Origin: Camelus ferus | Lineage: Eukaryota | Direction: 5' to 3' | Length of the DNA stretch: 64,000 nt | Assembly: GCF_009834535.1 (NCBI RefSeq) | Contig: NC_045697.1 | Location: 111,912,001-111,976,000 of the forward strand | Shown: piece after piece, positions 39,657 through 53,115 of the stretch | Layout: each line of letters begins with the position of its first letter | Numbering within the stretch: position 1 is the first letter of the stretch | Program-made: the position numbers and the translations under genes | Notes under the pieces: generated by a model | The model's input: the letters and a program-made list of their open reading frames with translations, nothing else | Told to the model about the DNA's origin: nothing | Databases searched by the model: none

Positions 39657-40594
39657 ACAATTTTTGCAATTCTTGGAACATAAGTTTCCATTTGCTAAAG
39701 GAATATATATAACAAGCTTATAAAATATATAGGTCTGTTGTTCAAGAATTTATCTCATTAATGAGGAAAATGTTATTCAGTGCCTATGTAAATGATTCCT
39801 TGAATGTGATTTGTACTTTATAGTTTTCAGGGTTCAATGCATCATCTCATTGGATCTTCATCAGGTAGGTAAGTTGCCTCCATTTCTCAAAGCAGGAGAT
39901 TGAGGCTTAACAGATGTTTGATGACGGACCTTGAATTTCAGTTAATGAAGTTTTTCAGGAATAAAGCAGTATAAACCAACAAAAATAGCTAATGAAATCC
40001 ATTTTGGAGTGATTTTTATATGTGTCTGTCCTAAAGAAATCTTTTCTTCTTTTATTAAATGTTCTAAGACTATTAGTATAATTCAGAGAATTAAGAAAAT
40101 AAAAGGCCCTCCTTTGTCTCCCCCCACCCCAAAAAAATCCCCAAACTTGCAGAAGCAGCTGATAATAGCAAAGACCTTTTTGTCCCAAGATACCCACGAC
40201 GTTTTGTCCAGTCAGCTTAGTGAGCCCAGCTGGGCCACATCCCTTTGAAATGGTCCCACACCGATTCTTGCTGTGATTCCCAGGTGCATAAGTGGAATGT
40301 CAGAGTCCCAAAACAAGCTCCTCCTATTTGCATCTCAACACCCGAGAAAGTAAACTGTGGGTCTTCCTTCTCCCAACGTCCTTTGTCCTCTCTCCAATAG
40401 GAGTCAACAAACCATATTCTTCAATTTACTGGCTTAGTGCTGGATTTCCATGCTTAGGAAATTCCTTATGTAGTTGCCAATTCCGCTTGTTTCTGGTTAT
40501 TTTGCTATCTTTCAACAGTTTTCTCATACCTACCTGCTGTCCTTTTCTGCATTAGAAAAATACTTTATCTGGATTTGTGACATTTTCTAATACC

Positions 40595-40818
40595 AAGAAC
40601 AAATATTAACTACTATATATAAAAATAGATAAAAAAACAAATTTCTTCTGTGTAGCACAGGGAATTGTAGTATCTTCTAGTAACGTTTAATGAAAGAGAA
40701 TATGAAGACGAATTTATGTATGTGTATGTTTGACTGAAATATTATGCTGTACACCAGAAATTGACATGTAACTGACTATACTTCAAAAAAATTTTTTTTA
40801 ATTAATTAAAAAAAAAAG
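40595..40818 (+). mobile_element. L1 3'UTR fragment
   Basis: aactactatatataaaaatagata...tgtacaccagaaattgac...ctatacttcaaaaaa. Confidence 0.85.
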
Positions 40819-41269
40819 AATCAATGGCATCTAGCAGTTAGATTTACCAACTGCAAATTAAGCCGTTGTTTGTCTCAGGGTTCAAGCAGAGAGGTAACCA
40901 AGCTGCAGTCATCAGTCTGTAACTCAAAGGCAGTCTTGGGAGTCCGGCCTGGAATGTCTTTGTCCTCTACTCATATATTTTACATCTCCCTGGGGAGTGG
41001 TGAGAAAGTCCTGATGTTTCCTTCCAGCTCCCACACTATTTGTCTCATCTCCCGGCTGGGCCGCTTTCCCCAACTTTCTTCATAGTTTGCTCCACTTCTA
41101 ATTTTTATTTTTAGGGCCACCATTCTTACTTTGCTTTTCAGCAAATGATGTGTGAGCGGGAGAATGTATTTTGCCCATGTCAGGGGAACTCATGCCTGGA
41201 ATCCTTGCAATTTCCAATTTCCTAAAGCAATATTTTGATAGTTAATTTTAAAACTTTCTTGTTGCAAAG

Positions 41270-41450
41270 AGGGTAGATCTTAAAAGTTCTCATCACAAGA
41301 AAAAAATTTTTTTTCTAACTATGCAGGGTGACAGATGTTGCTAGATTTTTTTTTATGGGGATCATCTCGCAATGTGTACAAATAGTGAGTCATTGTGTTG
41401 TACACCTGAAATGAATATAATGTTATATGTCAATTATACCTTAATAAAAA
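41270..41450 (+). mobile_element. L1MA-like 3' terminus
   Basis: gtagatcttaaaagttctcatcacaag...tgtacacctgaaa...tcaattataccttaataaa. Confidence 0.82.
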
Positions 41451-41954
41451 TGTACATCTTAAAACTGCTTCTCTATTTTACATTTTCTAAGATTTTTTCT
41501 GTATAAGTAGCTATAGAGAAGTGCATTTAAGTGAAGTGAAAATGCCTGTAGAGGTGAAAAATTAATTACTTTCAGTAAGATATAGTACACCTTTTTCTAT
41601 AAAAATGTGAAGAATACACTTTTCTATACTGGTAGACAGTTTTCATTCAGAAATTAATTCAGAATAGCCAATAAATTCATTTTATCAATATTATTACTTT
41701 ATGGAAAATATTATAATGTCTTTTAAAGTTATCCTATAGGCACATTTATTCATAGACAAAGAACTTTAGTTAAACTTTGCAGGACTGTTTATATGCTATA
41801 TTGGCATTTTCACATACAGTTCTTTGATATTTGACATGAAAATTCAGAACTTTGCCATTCAAAGCTAAGTTAAATAGCATTCTTTTAAAGTTTACATATT
41901 TCAACTAGGGTATTTATTTCGTATGCTTTAGAGATAAAGTAGTGTTTGGTATGC

Positions 41955-42870
41955 TTTTTAAATTTTATTTTCTAATTTACATAGAGTAAAATTCACTTTC
42001 TTTAGTGGATTGTTTCCATGAGTTTTGACAAATGAAAAAATAAAAGCATCTCTAGGATACAGAACAAGACCTTCACTCCAAAATCTCCCTGTGCTGTTCC
42101 TTGTAGACAAACCTTCCTCCCACCCTTAATGGTTGGCGACCACTGTCCTATAGCTTTCTGCCCCTATGGTTTTGCTTTCCAGAATGTCATGTAAATGGAA
42201 TCTTACATCGTGCAACATTTTAGCTTCTTTGAATTTAACTTCTTTCACTTAGCACAGTTGTTCTCAACTGAGAGCAATCTTATCCCCTGCCAGAGGATAT
42301 TTGGCATATCTGAAGACATATTTGGTTGCAAAAACTGGGAAAAGTGAGGGACTGCTACATGGATGTAGTGGGACGAAGCCAGGGATGCTGTGAAACATCC
42401 TACAACATATGGGACAGCACCCACTACAAGGAATGCTCTGGTCTAAAATGTCAGTGGTGCTAAGGCTGAGAAACAGTAACTTAGCTTAATGCGTTTGAGA
42501 TTCACTCATATGGTTGCATATATCAATAGTTTATTCTTTTTCATTGCTGAGTAGTATTCCATTGTATGAATGTGTTAGAGTCTTTATCCATCTACCTGCT
42601 AATGGACACTTTGGTTGTTCCCAGCTTTTGGCAATTCAACGTAAGTACTAGAAGAAAGATTGCTTGGTCATATAGTAAGTGGATGTTTAACTTTATAAGA
42701 AATTCCAAATTGTTCTCCAGAGTGGCTGTACCAGTTCATTTCTCATCCCCACCAGCAACGTGTGAGCCTGCCAGTTGTTCTGCATCTTTGGCAGCCCTTG
42801 GCATTTTTGTCTGTCTGCTTTCATTTAGTCATTTTAATAGATGTTTAGTGGAATCTCATTGAGGTTTTAG
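41955..42870 (-). mobile_element. L1MB/MC-like 3' region interrupted by MER20
   Basis: cagaatgtcatgtaaatggaatc...gctgagtagtattccattgtatg...ccccaccagcaa. Confidence 0.78.
42255..42478 (+). mobile_element. MER20 hAT element
   Basis: cagttgttctcaac...gccagggatgctg..aaacatcctacaa...ggctgagaaac; 8-bp TSD acttagc(a/t). Confidence 0.85.
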
Positions 42871-43060
42871 GTTTGTCTGTTTTGGTTAATTTTTAGAATT
42901 TTCTTATTTAATGCACTTTTTTTTGAGATTTCAAAAACAGTATTATATGCATGAAGTATTGAATAACTAGCACAAAGTTATTAATGCCTGTGGACCATCA
43001 CTCTGTTCTTCCTCACTGTAGAACTACTGAACCTTTTACAACTTTTATTTTAAGAGGAAC

Positions 43061-43583
43061 TGTAGTATGCATGGAAGAACAAATTTGACTCCATATTAGA
43101 TCTGTCCTTTAGCTCTTACCCTGTGCTCTGTTTCCTGGGCTCAGTCATGCTGGTTCTGCACCTTTTGTAAAAGAATGTTGCCTAGAGCCTGAAATAGACA
43201 GGAGAGCCCATTCTCAAGGATTTGACCTTTGAAGGTCTAACACTTTTCCATTCATAGAGAGATAAAAAGTTACAGAACAGAGAATAACATTTGTCTTGTT
43301 GGAGGTTTACAGGAACATCATGACCTGACCTACCTGGACAGCTGCAAGAACAAAGCATTCCGACACCAAGAAGTTTGCAACAAGCAACTACACGCTCCTC
43401 CCCTTTTAGTATAAAAGGAGCCTGAATTCTGTCTTAGGGAAGTTGGTTCTCCAAGACATTAGTCTGCCATCTTCTCGGTCTGCCAGCTTTCTGAATAAAG
43501 TCACTATTCCTTGCCACAACACTTTGTCTCTCAATTTATTGGCCTGTTGTGTGGTGAGCAGAACAAGTTTGGACTCAGTAACA
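43061..43583 (+). mobile_element. ERV1-type solo LTR, 523 bp, antisense to SMIM31
   Basis: TGT...ACA ends; 4-bp TSD GAAC at 43057-43060 and 43584-43587; TATAAAA at 43410-43416, AATAAA at 43494-43499. Confidence 0.88.
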
Positions 43584-45734
43584 GAACCAGTTTCACAGTG
43601 TGAGGATGCACTGATCTACAGGCCTTCAGGACATGCTTGGCCCAGGACTTGTGCAAAGGTTCTCCTTTTGAAAGAACTATCCCCTTTTTACACGTGACTA
43701 AGGGATTATCTGGACAGATTTGTCCATGGATGAGTGGACACCTTCCTCAAAGTTCACTGGGAAAAAGGACGAAGCCCTGATGTTCCCTAACTGTCTCATA
43801 CAGAGTCTGGGAGGCAGTGAATTCCACGGAAGCTGTACCTAAGCGCAACACAACAAAACTGTTTTTATTGGATGCAAGTGTTTGTAAAACATTTCCCTCT
43901 ACTGGCTGGCTGCTGAAAGTACGTCTAAGAAATCATCTAGAGGAACCCATTTGCTACCTGCTCTCAAAATTCGCTGCTATTCTCACCTCTTGCAACCCAT
44001 CCTTAAATACTTCCTTGCATCTTTTCCTTCTTTTTAAATATTACTTTATTGATCCCTCATTTCCCTAAATTAGATGTGTCAGGAATATTGATGCAGAGAG
44101 GATGCTATGATTTCATTGACAGTGAACTTGAAATTTGCCATCAGCAGTAACCAGATGTTAGCCCTGTATCTTCCCAGCCAGGCTCCTGGCTCCCGGGTGA
44201 GAGGAACAGAGAGGGTGACCCCGGTCCCTGCGGTGGCCACGCACGGGGGAGTCAAACTTGATTCATAAGAGCACAAGGCTCATGGTGTCCAATGGGAACA
44301 GGAAAATTGCAGAAAATGAGTCTTGAAACCAAGTGTGACGACAGTGAATCTCAGACTGGCCACCAATCTCAGTTGGTTGTCTGCCAATAGGGTTTCCCCC
44401 ACTTTTATGAAGCGAAGGCAGAGGGGTCCAATTTGGGGTGTGGACACTTTGGCACTTTACTACCCACCAATTTAACTACAAACCTCGGTGCCTGTGGCCT
44501 TCGGGGACCCGCAGCACCACGTGGTCAATATTAGTTCAGCGTGTCCAGTAATTCACCCACACAGCACGGAAACAGCCTGGGGCGACCCAAACGCAAACCC
44601 AACTCTAATTCCTACAGAATCAGAAATGAACACACGCAGTCCTCACACGGTCTTTAAGACCACACTGTTACCCCAGTGCTGAGCTTCTCTGGGACCCAAA
44701 GACATTTAGTTTGCATTCCAATTTAGGTGATTTATTTTCAAGCTTAGGTAATTGCCAGTAAGACTTTAAGGGAGTTAAGGAAGCCCTTGGCTGAAAACCA
44801 TGTGGTCGATACTCTGAATTTCCATTTGTACCTCCACTGTCAATATTATTTTACACTTTCTCAGGGTGGGACATTACTTTTTATTCATGAAAAGTTCACT
44901 GCTACAGTAGACAATGGTGCGTGGTTTTTGCACCTGAATTTAGGTGTGAGGGTTAATCTGGCAACTCACCCTCAGTCACACAGCCAGTTCTGAATCAATC
45001 CCATTTTCAATACTCACATCTGACTCCCCTGAGCTGACTGAGGACATGAACCCACAATCACGCACCCAGACCAAGACCCAGCCTCTCCCCCTCTGGAACT
45101 TTGGGCACATTTTTCCTGGGAGCTTCATTTCCTCATCTCTCAAGAAGAGATAATAACCCATCTCTACTTTACAATGTGGTCATGAGGATCGAACAAAGAT
45201 GAAACGTGTTAAGTGTTTGGCATGTAGTAAGCACCCAAAATAGTGTGGTTATTTATTCTATAGATACCATCAATTCTTGCAAATGCATTATTTAACAGAC
45301 AACTCAAGTCGTCTACAAAAGGGAATAATCTTGTATCAATCATCAAGTATAATTCCCTGAGCGTGTTGGTACGTTCAAATAAATTTGACATTATTTGTTA
45401 TTGCTTTGGGTTTCTTTGTTGTTTTGGGGAAAGAATGTAGCTGTGTTGCAAAAAAATATTTCCCCCCCATTTATGTGGGTAAAATCTGCATCCTCCATAC
45501 TCTGGTTTTGCCTCTCTGCTCCTGACTCCTGTAAAGTTCATGTCTTCTGGCTACTTGTTGATTCCAATTTGTAAGCCAGGTCTAGGAAAAAAATGTATGC
45601 ATTTTCTTAAATGATCAGTGTGCTTGGGGCTATTTGATTAGCGTGAAATAATTGTGGGGTGATTTTCCTTTACGAACAGTTGTCTTTAAATCAAACTGCC
45701 TTGATTGGCAGGCCCATAAAACTTGTAAGGCAGC

Positions 45735-45862
45735 AGAGGAGGGTTTAGCTCAGTGGTGTAACACATGCATAGCATGCATGAGGTCCCAGGTTTAATCCCC
45801 CATATCTCCCATTAAAAAAAAAAAAAAAAAAAAAAGAAAGAAGTAAATAAATTAATTTAAAA
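45735..45862 (+). mobile_element. vic-1-like SINE
   Basis: tagctcagtgg...atgaggtcccaggtttaatcccc plus long poly(A). Confidence 0.87.
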
Positions 45863-46449
45863 AAATTGCAAAGCAGAGAAATTTGTTCTAAGATCAGAAA
45901 TTTGTTCACTTTATGCTCATCTGATTTCATGGTTTTTGAAATTATTCTTTTTTATTTCTATTTTTCAATGAATTTTTTTTTCTCGAAATTCCAGTAGTGC
46001 TAAGTGGAAACATATCCACTGTCCCTCCCTTACCAAGGCTACACTGTCTTCCTACTATATATTTTTAAAAGATCATTGATGATCTACAAAGCCTTGCAGC
46101 TCTCTTAAAGGGAAAGGAAGGCAGCTGCATGGGATGGTACGTGTCCTTATATGAGATTATCCTTATAAGTGAGTAGTGTTGAGTGCTCTGCTTTAGGGAA
46201 GAAATGGAGCAAAACGTCAACATTAAGCCGAAAATGTTTGTTTTCTTCTTTCCAAAATGATAGGATAGATTAGAACCTCAGATACTGGGATTCCACTTTT
46301 CGTTGGGCATGTTTGGTATGCTATTGACTATTTTATCTACAAACGTATTTACACTTTTGGCCAGATTTGCACTGGGCAGGGGGAGGGAACTCAAGTATGT
46401 GTTGCCTTACTTTTCAGTGTGTGTTTGTATTATGTTTCATGATCTTTCA

Positions 46450-47090
46450 TTCATTTATGATCTTTTAAAAATACACATCTGATCATTTCTCCCCCACTCC
46501 CTTTGCTTAAAATCATTAATTGTTGTCCCTTTGCTCATGGGATAAAAGCAGAGATCCTGAACTTGACCTCCAGCTCCCTTACCTCCCCTGTCCCAGCCGC
46601 TCTGCCTGACCCTCTGCCATCAAAGCACACTAGACATCCTGTTAGTTCTTTGTGCCCCTTTCCCCTCCAAGAGATGGAATGTGATTCTCTTTCCTCTTCC
46701 TCCCCCCGTTGCCTTACACTCACTTCCACCAATCTTCAGCTTAAATGTCATTTGTTCAGAGATGTTTTTCTTAGTCTCTTCCATGTGGTCAAATTCCCAT
46801 ATTATACATACTTTGCCACTTTGTAATTCTTCCTAGCATTTATCATAACAGTAATAACACAGTCATGTGGTTAGATATTCAATATCCCCAACATTAGGTA
46901 TATAAGTTTTATGGAGCAATTTTATTGATTGAAACAGTCAACATCCGCCCAAATTAAGTATTAGTTTAGTGAATGCACGTGAAACTTTCAATCTATATTT
47001 GTCAGATGCATACTTGGATGGCATAGTCATGTCCATGTTGTCAATGTCTGACATAGGGCAGATGCTCAATAAATATTTGTGCAATGACTA
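46450..47090 (+). mobile_element. L2 3' remnant
   Basis: tctgatcat..ctcc.ttgcttaaa...cagcttaaatgtca...ctgacatagggcagatgctcaataaatatttg. Confidence 0.7.
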
Positions 47091-47544
47091 AAGGAAAATT
47101 TTGCCCGTCCAGAAAGAACAGGGGCGGTACAGCAGTGTGGAGCGAGCTGCAGGGGATTTCGGCCAGGGGAGCCTCTGCGCTGAGAATCAGAGGTTCTACC
47201 TGCCTGACCATCCGTTCTCAGAGTTTCTGGGTGGAGACTTCCTGGAGTTTTGCTTATTTGAGAGTGTAGAGGTCAGCGCACTTGTGTCAGGGTATATGGT
47301 CTGTCACTTGCTGGCTGTGTAACTTCTGAAAGTCACATGTCTCTCCATCTCCTTGATAAGGAAGGACACAGGGACCTTCCTGCCTCCCCAACCAGTGTCA
47401 CAGGCTTACACGAGTCGGGTGAAACATGAAAATACATCATGAACTCTCAACAGCTACAGATGATTGAGCTGTGAGAGCAGTTATATCGTGTTAGGAGGAA
47501 AATGAGCAGTCAATCAGTTCAGAAGGGTGTAGAGCACCTTCGGC

Positions 47545-47940
47545 CAATTCCCCTCACCAGAGATACTCACTCTTGCCAGTTTCTGTGTGTTTCTGTCCTT
47601 GTATGATCAGTAGGCTGATGTATCTATGTATGCCTACATATAAACACATCCATATATGTGTACACATGTTTATGAGCACACACACAAATACCTGTGTAAA
47701 CCCAAAGACACAGAGCAGACCTCATCCTGCTCAGCAGTGTCCTGCTGCCCTGACTGTGCCGCGGGCATCTCGGCGACAGTACGTGTGGAGTTCTCCCAGC
47801 TACTGCGTGGCAGTCCCACCGAGTGCCTCTGCCACCGCCTGTCCCTTCCACAGCGATGCCCAGCTGGCTTCTTTCCATTCTTCACCACTGTAAACAGGGC
47901 TTCAGGGAACATCCTCGTCCAGCTTGACTTCTTGTCTTCT
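47545..47940 (-). mobile_element. Old L1 (L1ME-like) 3' remnant, GC-shifted
   Basis: ttccattcttcaccactgtaaacagggcttcagggaacatcctcgt resembles L1M ttccaatttttgctattacaaacaatgctgcaatgaacatccttgt. Confidence 0.5.
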
Positions 47941-48335
47941 CTGCCTAAAATCGTTCAGTAGTTTCCTCTTTGTACACTCGGCACTGACTTCTCAGGCCAT
48001 GTGGCAGAAGCCTGGTGCCGGTGGTATAGCTGTAGAACCGAAGTCGTCTTCCTAATATTACCTCTGGCTTTGGTGCAGTTCCAGAACTGTCTCTAGTGAG
48101 ACCCACCTGCTCTGCCAAAGTCAGTCTGTTTACTGCTTGTGACTTTCTTTTTTTCTGTTTTTGCCCCCAACCCTGCTTGTGACTTTCTAATTCTATCTTT
48201 TTGGCTTTACCACTTAAATTCCATGCTTAAACATGTTAGCTCCCTCTTTATAATTTTCCATATTTTTTCTGTTCTCAAGACACGACCCCAAATCCACCCC
48301 TTCATCAAGGTCTGTATAGGCTAACTCTATTACAA

Positions 48336-48512
48336 TTTTTAAAAATTTTTAATTAATTAAGTTTTTTGGGGGGGATAGGAAATTTAATTAATTAAGTTTT
48401 GGGGGGGATAAGAAATTAGATTATTTATTTATCAGTGGAGGTACTGGGGATTGAACCCAGGACCTCCTGCATGCTAAACACGCACTCTACCACTGAGCTG
48501 TACCCACCCCCC
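48336..48512 (-). mobile_element. vic-1-like SINE with a duplicated tail segment
   Basis: SINE core; TSD attaca(a/g)ttttt; aattaattaagtttt(g)n-ata.gaaatt occurs twice. Confidence 0.9.
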
Positions 48513-48904
48513 ATTACAGTTTTTGATGTCCAAGCATTTATTGAGTTGTTATTGGTGTCCATCTCACTAACCCAGAGATGTATGTGGATATAAGTGCCCG
48601 GTAAGATCTCTTTAGCTATTCCTCGTCTGTAAACTGCCACAGCTAAGTTGACGATGGATAACAAACATGCCACCACCTACCCTTCAGCCGACCTGTCAAA
48701 TTCCTCCCGATCAGCACGTAAGAATCGGCCTTTGCTACCGCTGGGTGCAGCCGGTGCTGTCTGTCACCTGGCAGGATGCGGCTCAAGCGGGAAAAGAGTT
48801 GTTCCTCAGCACCAACCAGCCCTGAAAGATTAGGTGTTCACTGGATTGTGCAAAAACTTTGCCTTATAAACATTTGAAAGAGTGTGGTCAGGGCGTGAGC
48901 TGTC

Positions 48905-48928
48905 TGGTCATTGATCAGTCATTGACCA
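48905..48928. promoter_or_regulatory. Two overlapping IR1-type nuclear-receptor motifs (candidate FXR/RXR sites)
   Basis: tGGTCA-t-TGATCa at 48905-48917 and cAGTCA-t-TGACCa at 48916-48928, vs consensus AGGTCA-n-TGACCT. Motif match only. Confidence 0.35.
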
Positions 48929-51603
48929 GTGCCCGGGGACCAGCTGTTCGGTGAAACGACTGTGGAGGCCTTTATAGGCCTTGTCAGAGGTGACTGGGCT
49001 GTAACGATTGCTATTTGTTGATGCTGTTCCATATTTGTTCCTCTAAGGACACAGCCACCTAAATTCAAATTCAAAAATGTGCCTGGAACAAATTTTGTTT
49101 TTGGCCAGTCAGCCAGTCTTTCCAGATCAAAGGAGGCATCTTTTCTTCTTTGGGAGAACTGTAATGTCGGCTACAGAGTTGAGAAGTAAGTACTCAGCAA
49201 AGACTTCTTAATATCCACTGGCACCTGGTGTCCCCCAGAAAACCAACCGAAACCAAAAATCACAATGAAAACAAAAAACCACAAGAAAAACAAAATTAGA
49301 ACTCGCTTATAAGCCACTATAGAAGTGAGACTGACTTCAGCATAATTCTGTTTCTATGGAGCAAATAAACAGAAGATATATATATAGGAGAAAAATGTCA
49401 CTAGAGTATTCTACTGACACCCGCGAATGATCAGGCTAGGAGACAGGGGTCTCTAACTGCAGTGGGTGCTACTTACAGAGCCACGAGCAACCCCACCCTA
49501 CACACAGTGAAGAACTGTCTGAACAACAACAAAGATAACAAACAATAAAATAAGGAAAGCAGCAGCTATGATTTAATGCTTAAAATAGCTAGGTGGTGTT
49601 TGTTTTAAATATTTTGTCATACTTTAATTTTTACAACAGCCTTGTGCAGGTAGTTATTATCATATAGATGAAGTGAGCCTTGGAGCATTTACGTGGTTTG
49701 CGCAAGTCACCTTAGAGTAAGTAGTAGGTGGTGGGGCGGGAGTCAGTTCATTCCTATCTGACTGTGATGCACGCTGGAAACATTGTGTTCTACTGACGCT
49801 GTATCAGTCTCTGCAGGTAGGAAGGGTGCGAAGATCAAAGATCGTACGGCCTTTTGCTCACGTTGACACAGCTGGATAACAGCAACCGAAACATCTAAAG
49901 AAATTCTCAACAAAGTTTTGGAATCTTACTAAAGGATTTCAAGATAGTTTAAAGTTTATCTTAATGAGGAAGGGGGTCTCCAGCCTTGGGCTTCGTTGTT
50001 CTCTCTAAAGCTCCATGTATCATGGATGGAGTCACCTAGCTTCTCACCTGGCAGCTCCCACAGGGTCTAGCACGGAGAGGAGGGGTGGAGGGCAGGAAGC
50101 CACTGTTTGTCAGGAGGCTGGACACACCTTTGATGAAGGATCATTACCTACCTAGGACATTCGTAAAATTCCCTGATGGGTCACTTACATTTTATCACTT
50201 CCTATTGGCCATTAGAGCAGACAGCTTTCAAAGACAGGGTTTGGTGTGCAGGTGGACAATATAATCTGGGCAGGAAATAGCTACATCACAATGTGCTCAT
50301 CTCTAAAAGCGTAAGGAGGCATCACTCTAAGCTCTTCTAAGCTCCTGCTGCAGCTTCACAGCATTCAGTTAGAAAACTAAAGAATGATAAAATGGATGGA
50401 AAATGGTTCTTTGTAATTCAAGGAAAAAGGAGGAAGCAGTGGTCTGGATGATACAAAATATGGAACAGCACAAAACCCAGTTGTATCTGACTTTGGCATG
50501 CAGTAGTAGTTTCTTCTGTGCAGCAGGCAGACCCACCCTAATCAGGTTTTATTTGACCGAAATTAAAATATATTTTCCGTTCACGGATATATCACACCTG
50601 AGCGTTATAGATGGCTGAGCCAACTGAGAGCACAAAGAGCCTCGCTCAGTTGAGTTGTGTTATTCTGAGGCTGTTTGCACTGTGCATTACTGAGTTTTCC
50701 AGAAGGAGGTTTATAAGTAGCCCAGATGCTGTCTCTGTGCACAAGCCAGCTTCATCACAGCAGGTCTGTTCATTCACAAGTGTGTGGGGCAGGATCCTGT
50801 TTACAAACAAGATTCTAAATGGTATTCTTTTGGGATTTTAGATACAGTATAGTAGAAATAGCTACCTCATACATTTAAGATGAGGATTAAATGAAACATA
50901 CATAAACGTACACATGAATGAAACAGACATAAAACAATATGAGCTACTAGCAGTAGTGGTAGGAGGAGCAGAGAATGAGTGAGAAAGACGATGTACTATG
51001 CTGATAATACTTGGGACTTAGGTTGTAAGTATTTATTAATTCACTCAGCAATGAAGTATTGAGAACCACCTATGTCCCAGGCAGTGTTATAATTGCTGGA
51101 ATGAAGCAGTGATGAAGACGGACCCAACCTCCATCAGTGATGGAGCTGATCTTCCAGGGGACATGCAAAGTGGCTTTTCTTATTCTCTTTAAAACAATGC
51201 TTTTGGTGGCTCACTAACCTTTTTTTTTCCCCTAGGAAAAATTCATATGGGGGTGAAGAATTTTATTTTGATTTGAGCAAGAATTCTTATTTTGTACTTT
51301 TAAGTACCTACTTCATTTCTCCTCTAATTCTCTAAAGTTTAAGGACAAGGCTGGAGATTTGTTAATTTTTCATTCTCACTCCATGCCTAAAAGTGTCTTC
51401 TTGTAAATAGCATGCAATAAAAATATATTTTCTGAATGGCCATCCCATTTCAGTAACAAATGATAGAAGTCTGTCTCATTATTTTGCAGTTGCATTTCCT
51501 ATACACACAAAGATAATTAATATTCTTTTCCTAGGCATCACAGGCTTGGTTTATGGGTCTCACCTTTTAGACACTGGAATCTCTCCACAGAGAATCAAAA
51601 CTA

Positions 51604-52223
51604 TAGAAAAGACACATATACCTCAATGTTCATAGCAGCACTATTTACAATAGCCAAGACATGGAAGCAACCTAACTGTCTATCAACACATGACAACATA
51701 AAGAAGATGTGGTATATTTATACAATGGAATACTACTCTGCCATAGAAAAGAATAAAATAATGCCATTTGCAGCAACATGGATGAACCTGGAGATCATCA
51801 TATTAAGTGAAGTAAGCCAGAAAGAGAAAGAAAAATACCATACGATATCACTCATATGGGGAATCTAAAAAGAGAAAAAAGAAGACATTAATGAACTCAT
51901 CTACAAAACAGAAAAAGACTCACAGACATAGTAAACAATCTTATGGTTATGAAGTTGGGGGGAAGGGGGGAAGCGGGTGGGAAAGGATAAATTGGGAGTT
52001 GGAGATTTGCAGATACTAACTACTATATATAAAATAGATAACAAGTTTCTTCTGTAGAGCACAGGGAACTATATTCAATATCTTGTAGTAACCTATCATG
52101 AAAAAGAACATGAAAAGGAATATATGTATGTATATGTATGACTGAGACATTGTGCTGTACACCAGAAATTGACACAGTGTAAACTGACTATAGTTCAATT
52201 AAATAAAAAAAACAACCAAACAA
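51604..52223 (+). mobile_element. 5'-truncated L1 (ORF2 end plus 3'UTR)
   Basis: Peptide [16 protein letters not shown]...; poly(A) tail; short TSD aaaacta. Confidence 0.93.
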
Positions 52224-53115
52224 AAAAACTACCTCTTAGTCTAGTTATGCTGGATGCCAAGGAAGGGGAAAGAATGGACACATGAAATTACCCAGGGCGA
52301 TGCCTGCCTCACATACATGAGAAAGAGGAAGTATTCACCTTGCTTGGCCAAGTGACTCAAAGATTGAGGAACAGTTCTCTGGGCCAGGCTAGGGTGATGC
52401 AAGGTGATAAAGATAAGTAACATTAATAATATACAAAAGCTCCAGAGGGAGAGCTCATTTTGGTTAGAGTGATTACGGAAGAGAGGAATTGGATTTAGCC
52501 ATGAAGAATTAGATTCAAGTAGAGGAGAAGAAAGAGGGCATTACTGGTAGGTAAGTGGAAACTTCCCACATGGAAGAGCCTTGGAAACTTTTATTCTCTG
52601 GACGGTGGCATTTAGTGAATGTTTCTGTGGGGGAGACTGACATGTAGGTAGCTTTTGTAAAGGGTCTTCCCCAAAATACTTGGTGCTGCTGCCTGAATTT
52701 AGAATTTACAAATGATTAGAATTTTATGGAACATAATAAAACTTCATTGGAATTTAATGGGTCATGAAGTCTATGAGGTGGATTGTCATCAACATTAAAA
52801 AAAAAAAAAGAAAGAAAATTAGAACAGATTACTGTATTAAAGCATATTGCCTGTAGTGAGGGTAAGAATTGTTTTATGAAACTTTCAGTAGCGCACATGT
52901 GGCTAAGTGTGTGTGTGTAGAACTGGGAAGTGGATTTCAGTGAGTTTCAAAAAAGTTCAAAACCATGGAGCTAGGGTTGCTAATGAGATATATATATATG
53001 TATTTTTTTTTTACTAGTGAACATGTCTTTCATTCCTCCATAGCAGAAAGAGCTGTATTCCAACCAGAAACGGTATTTTTTAGAATCCTATACATATACA
53101 GGAACCAGATTGTTT

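Noticed and set aside
1..43583. Two same-family direct LTRs suggesting a 43-kb provirus
   Set aside because: The 43061-43583 LTR has its own GAAC TSD on both sides, the copies are clearly diverged, and no gag/pol/env lies between them. They are independent insertions.
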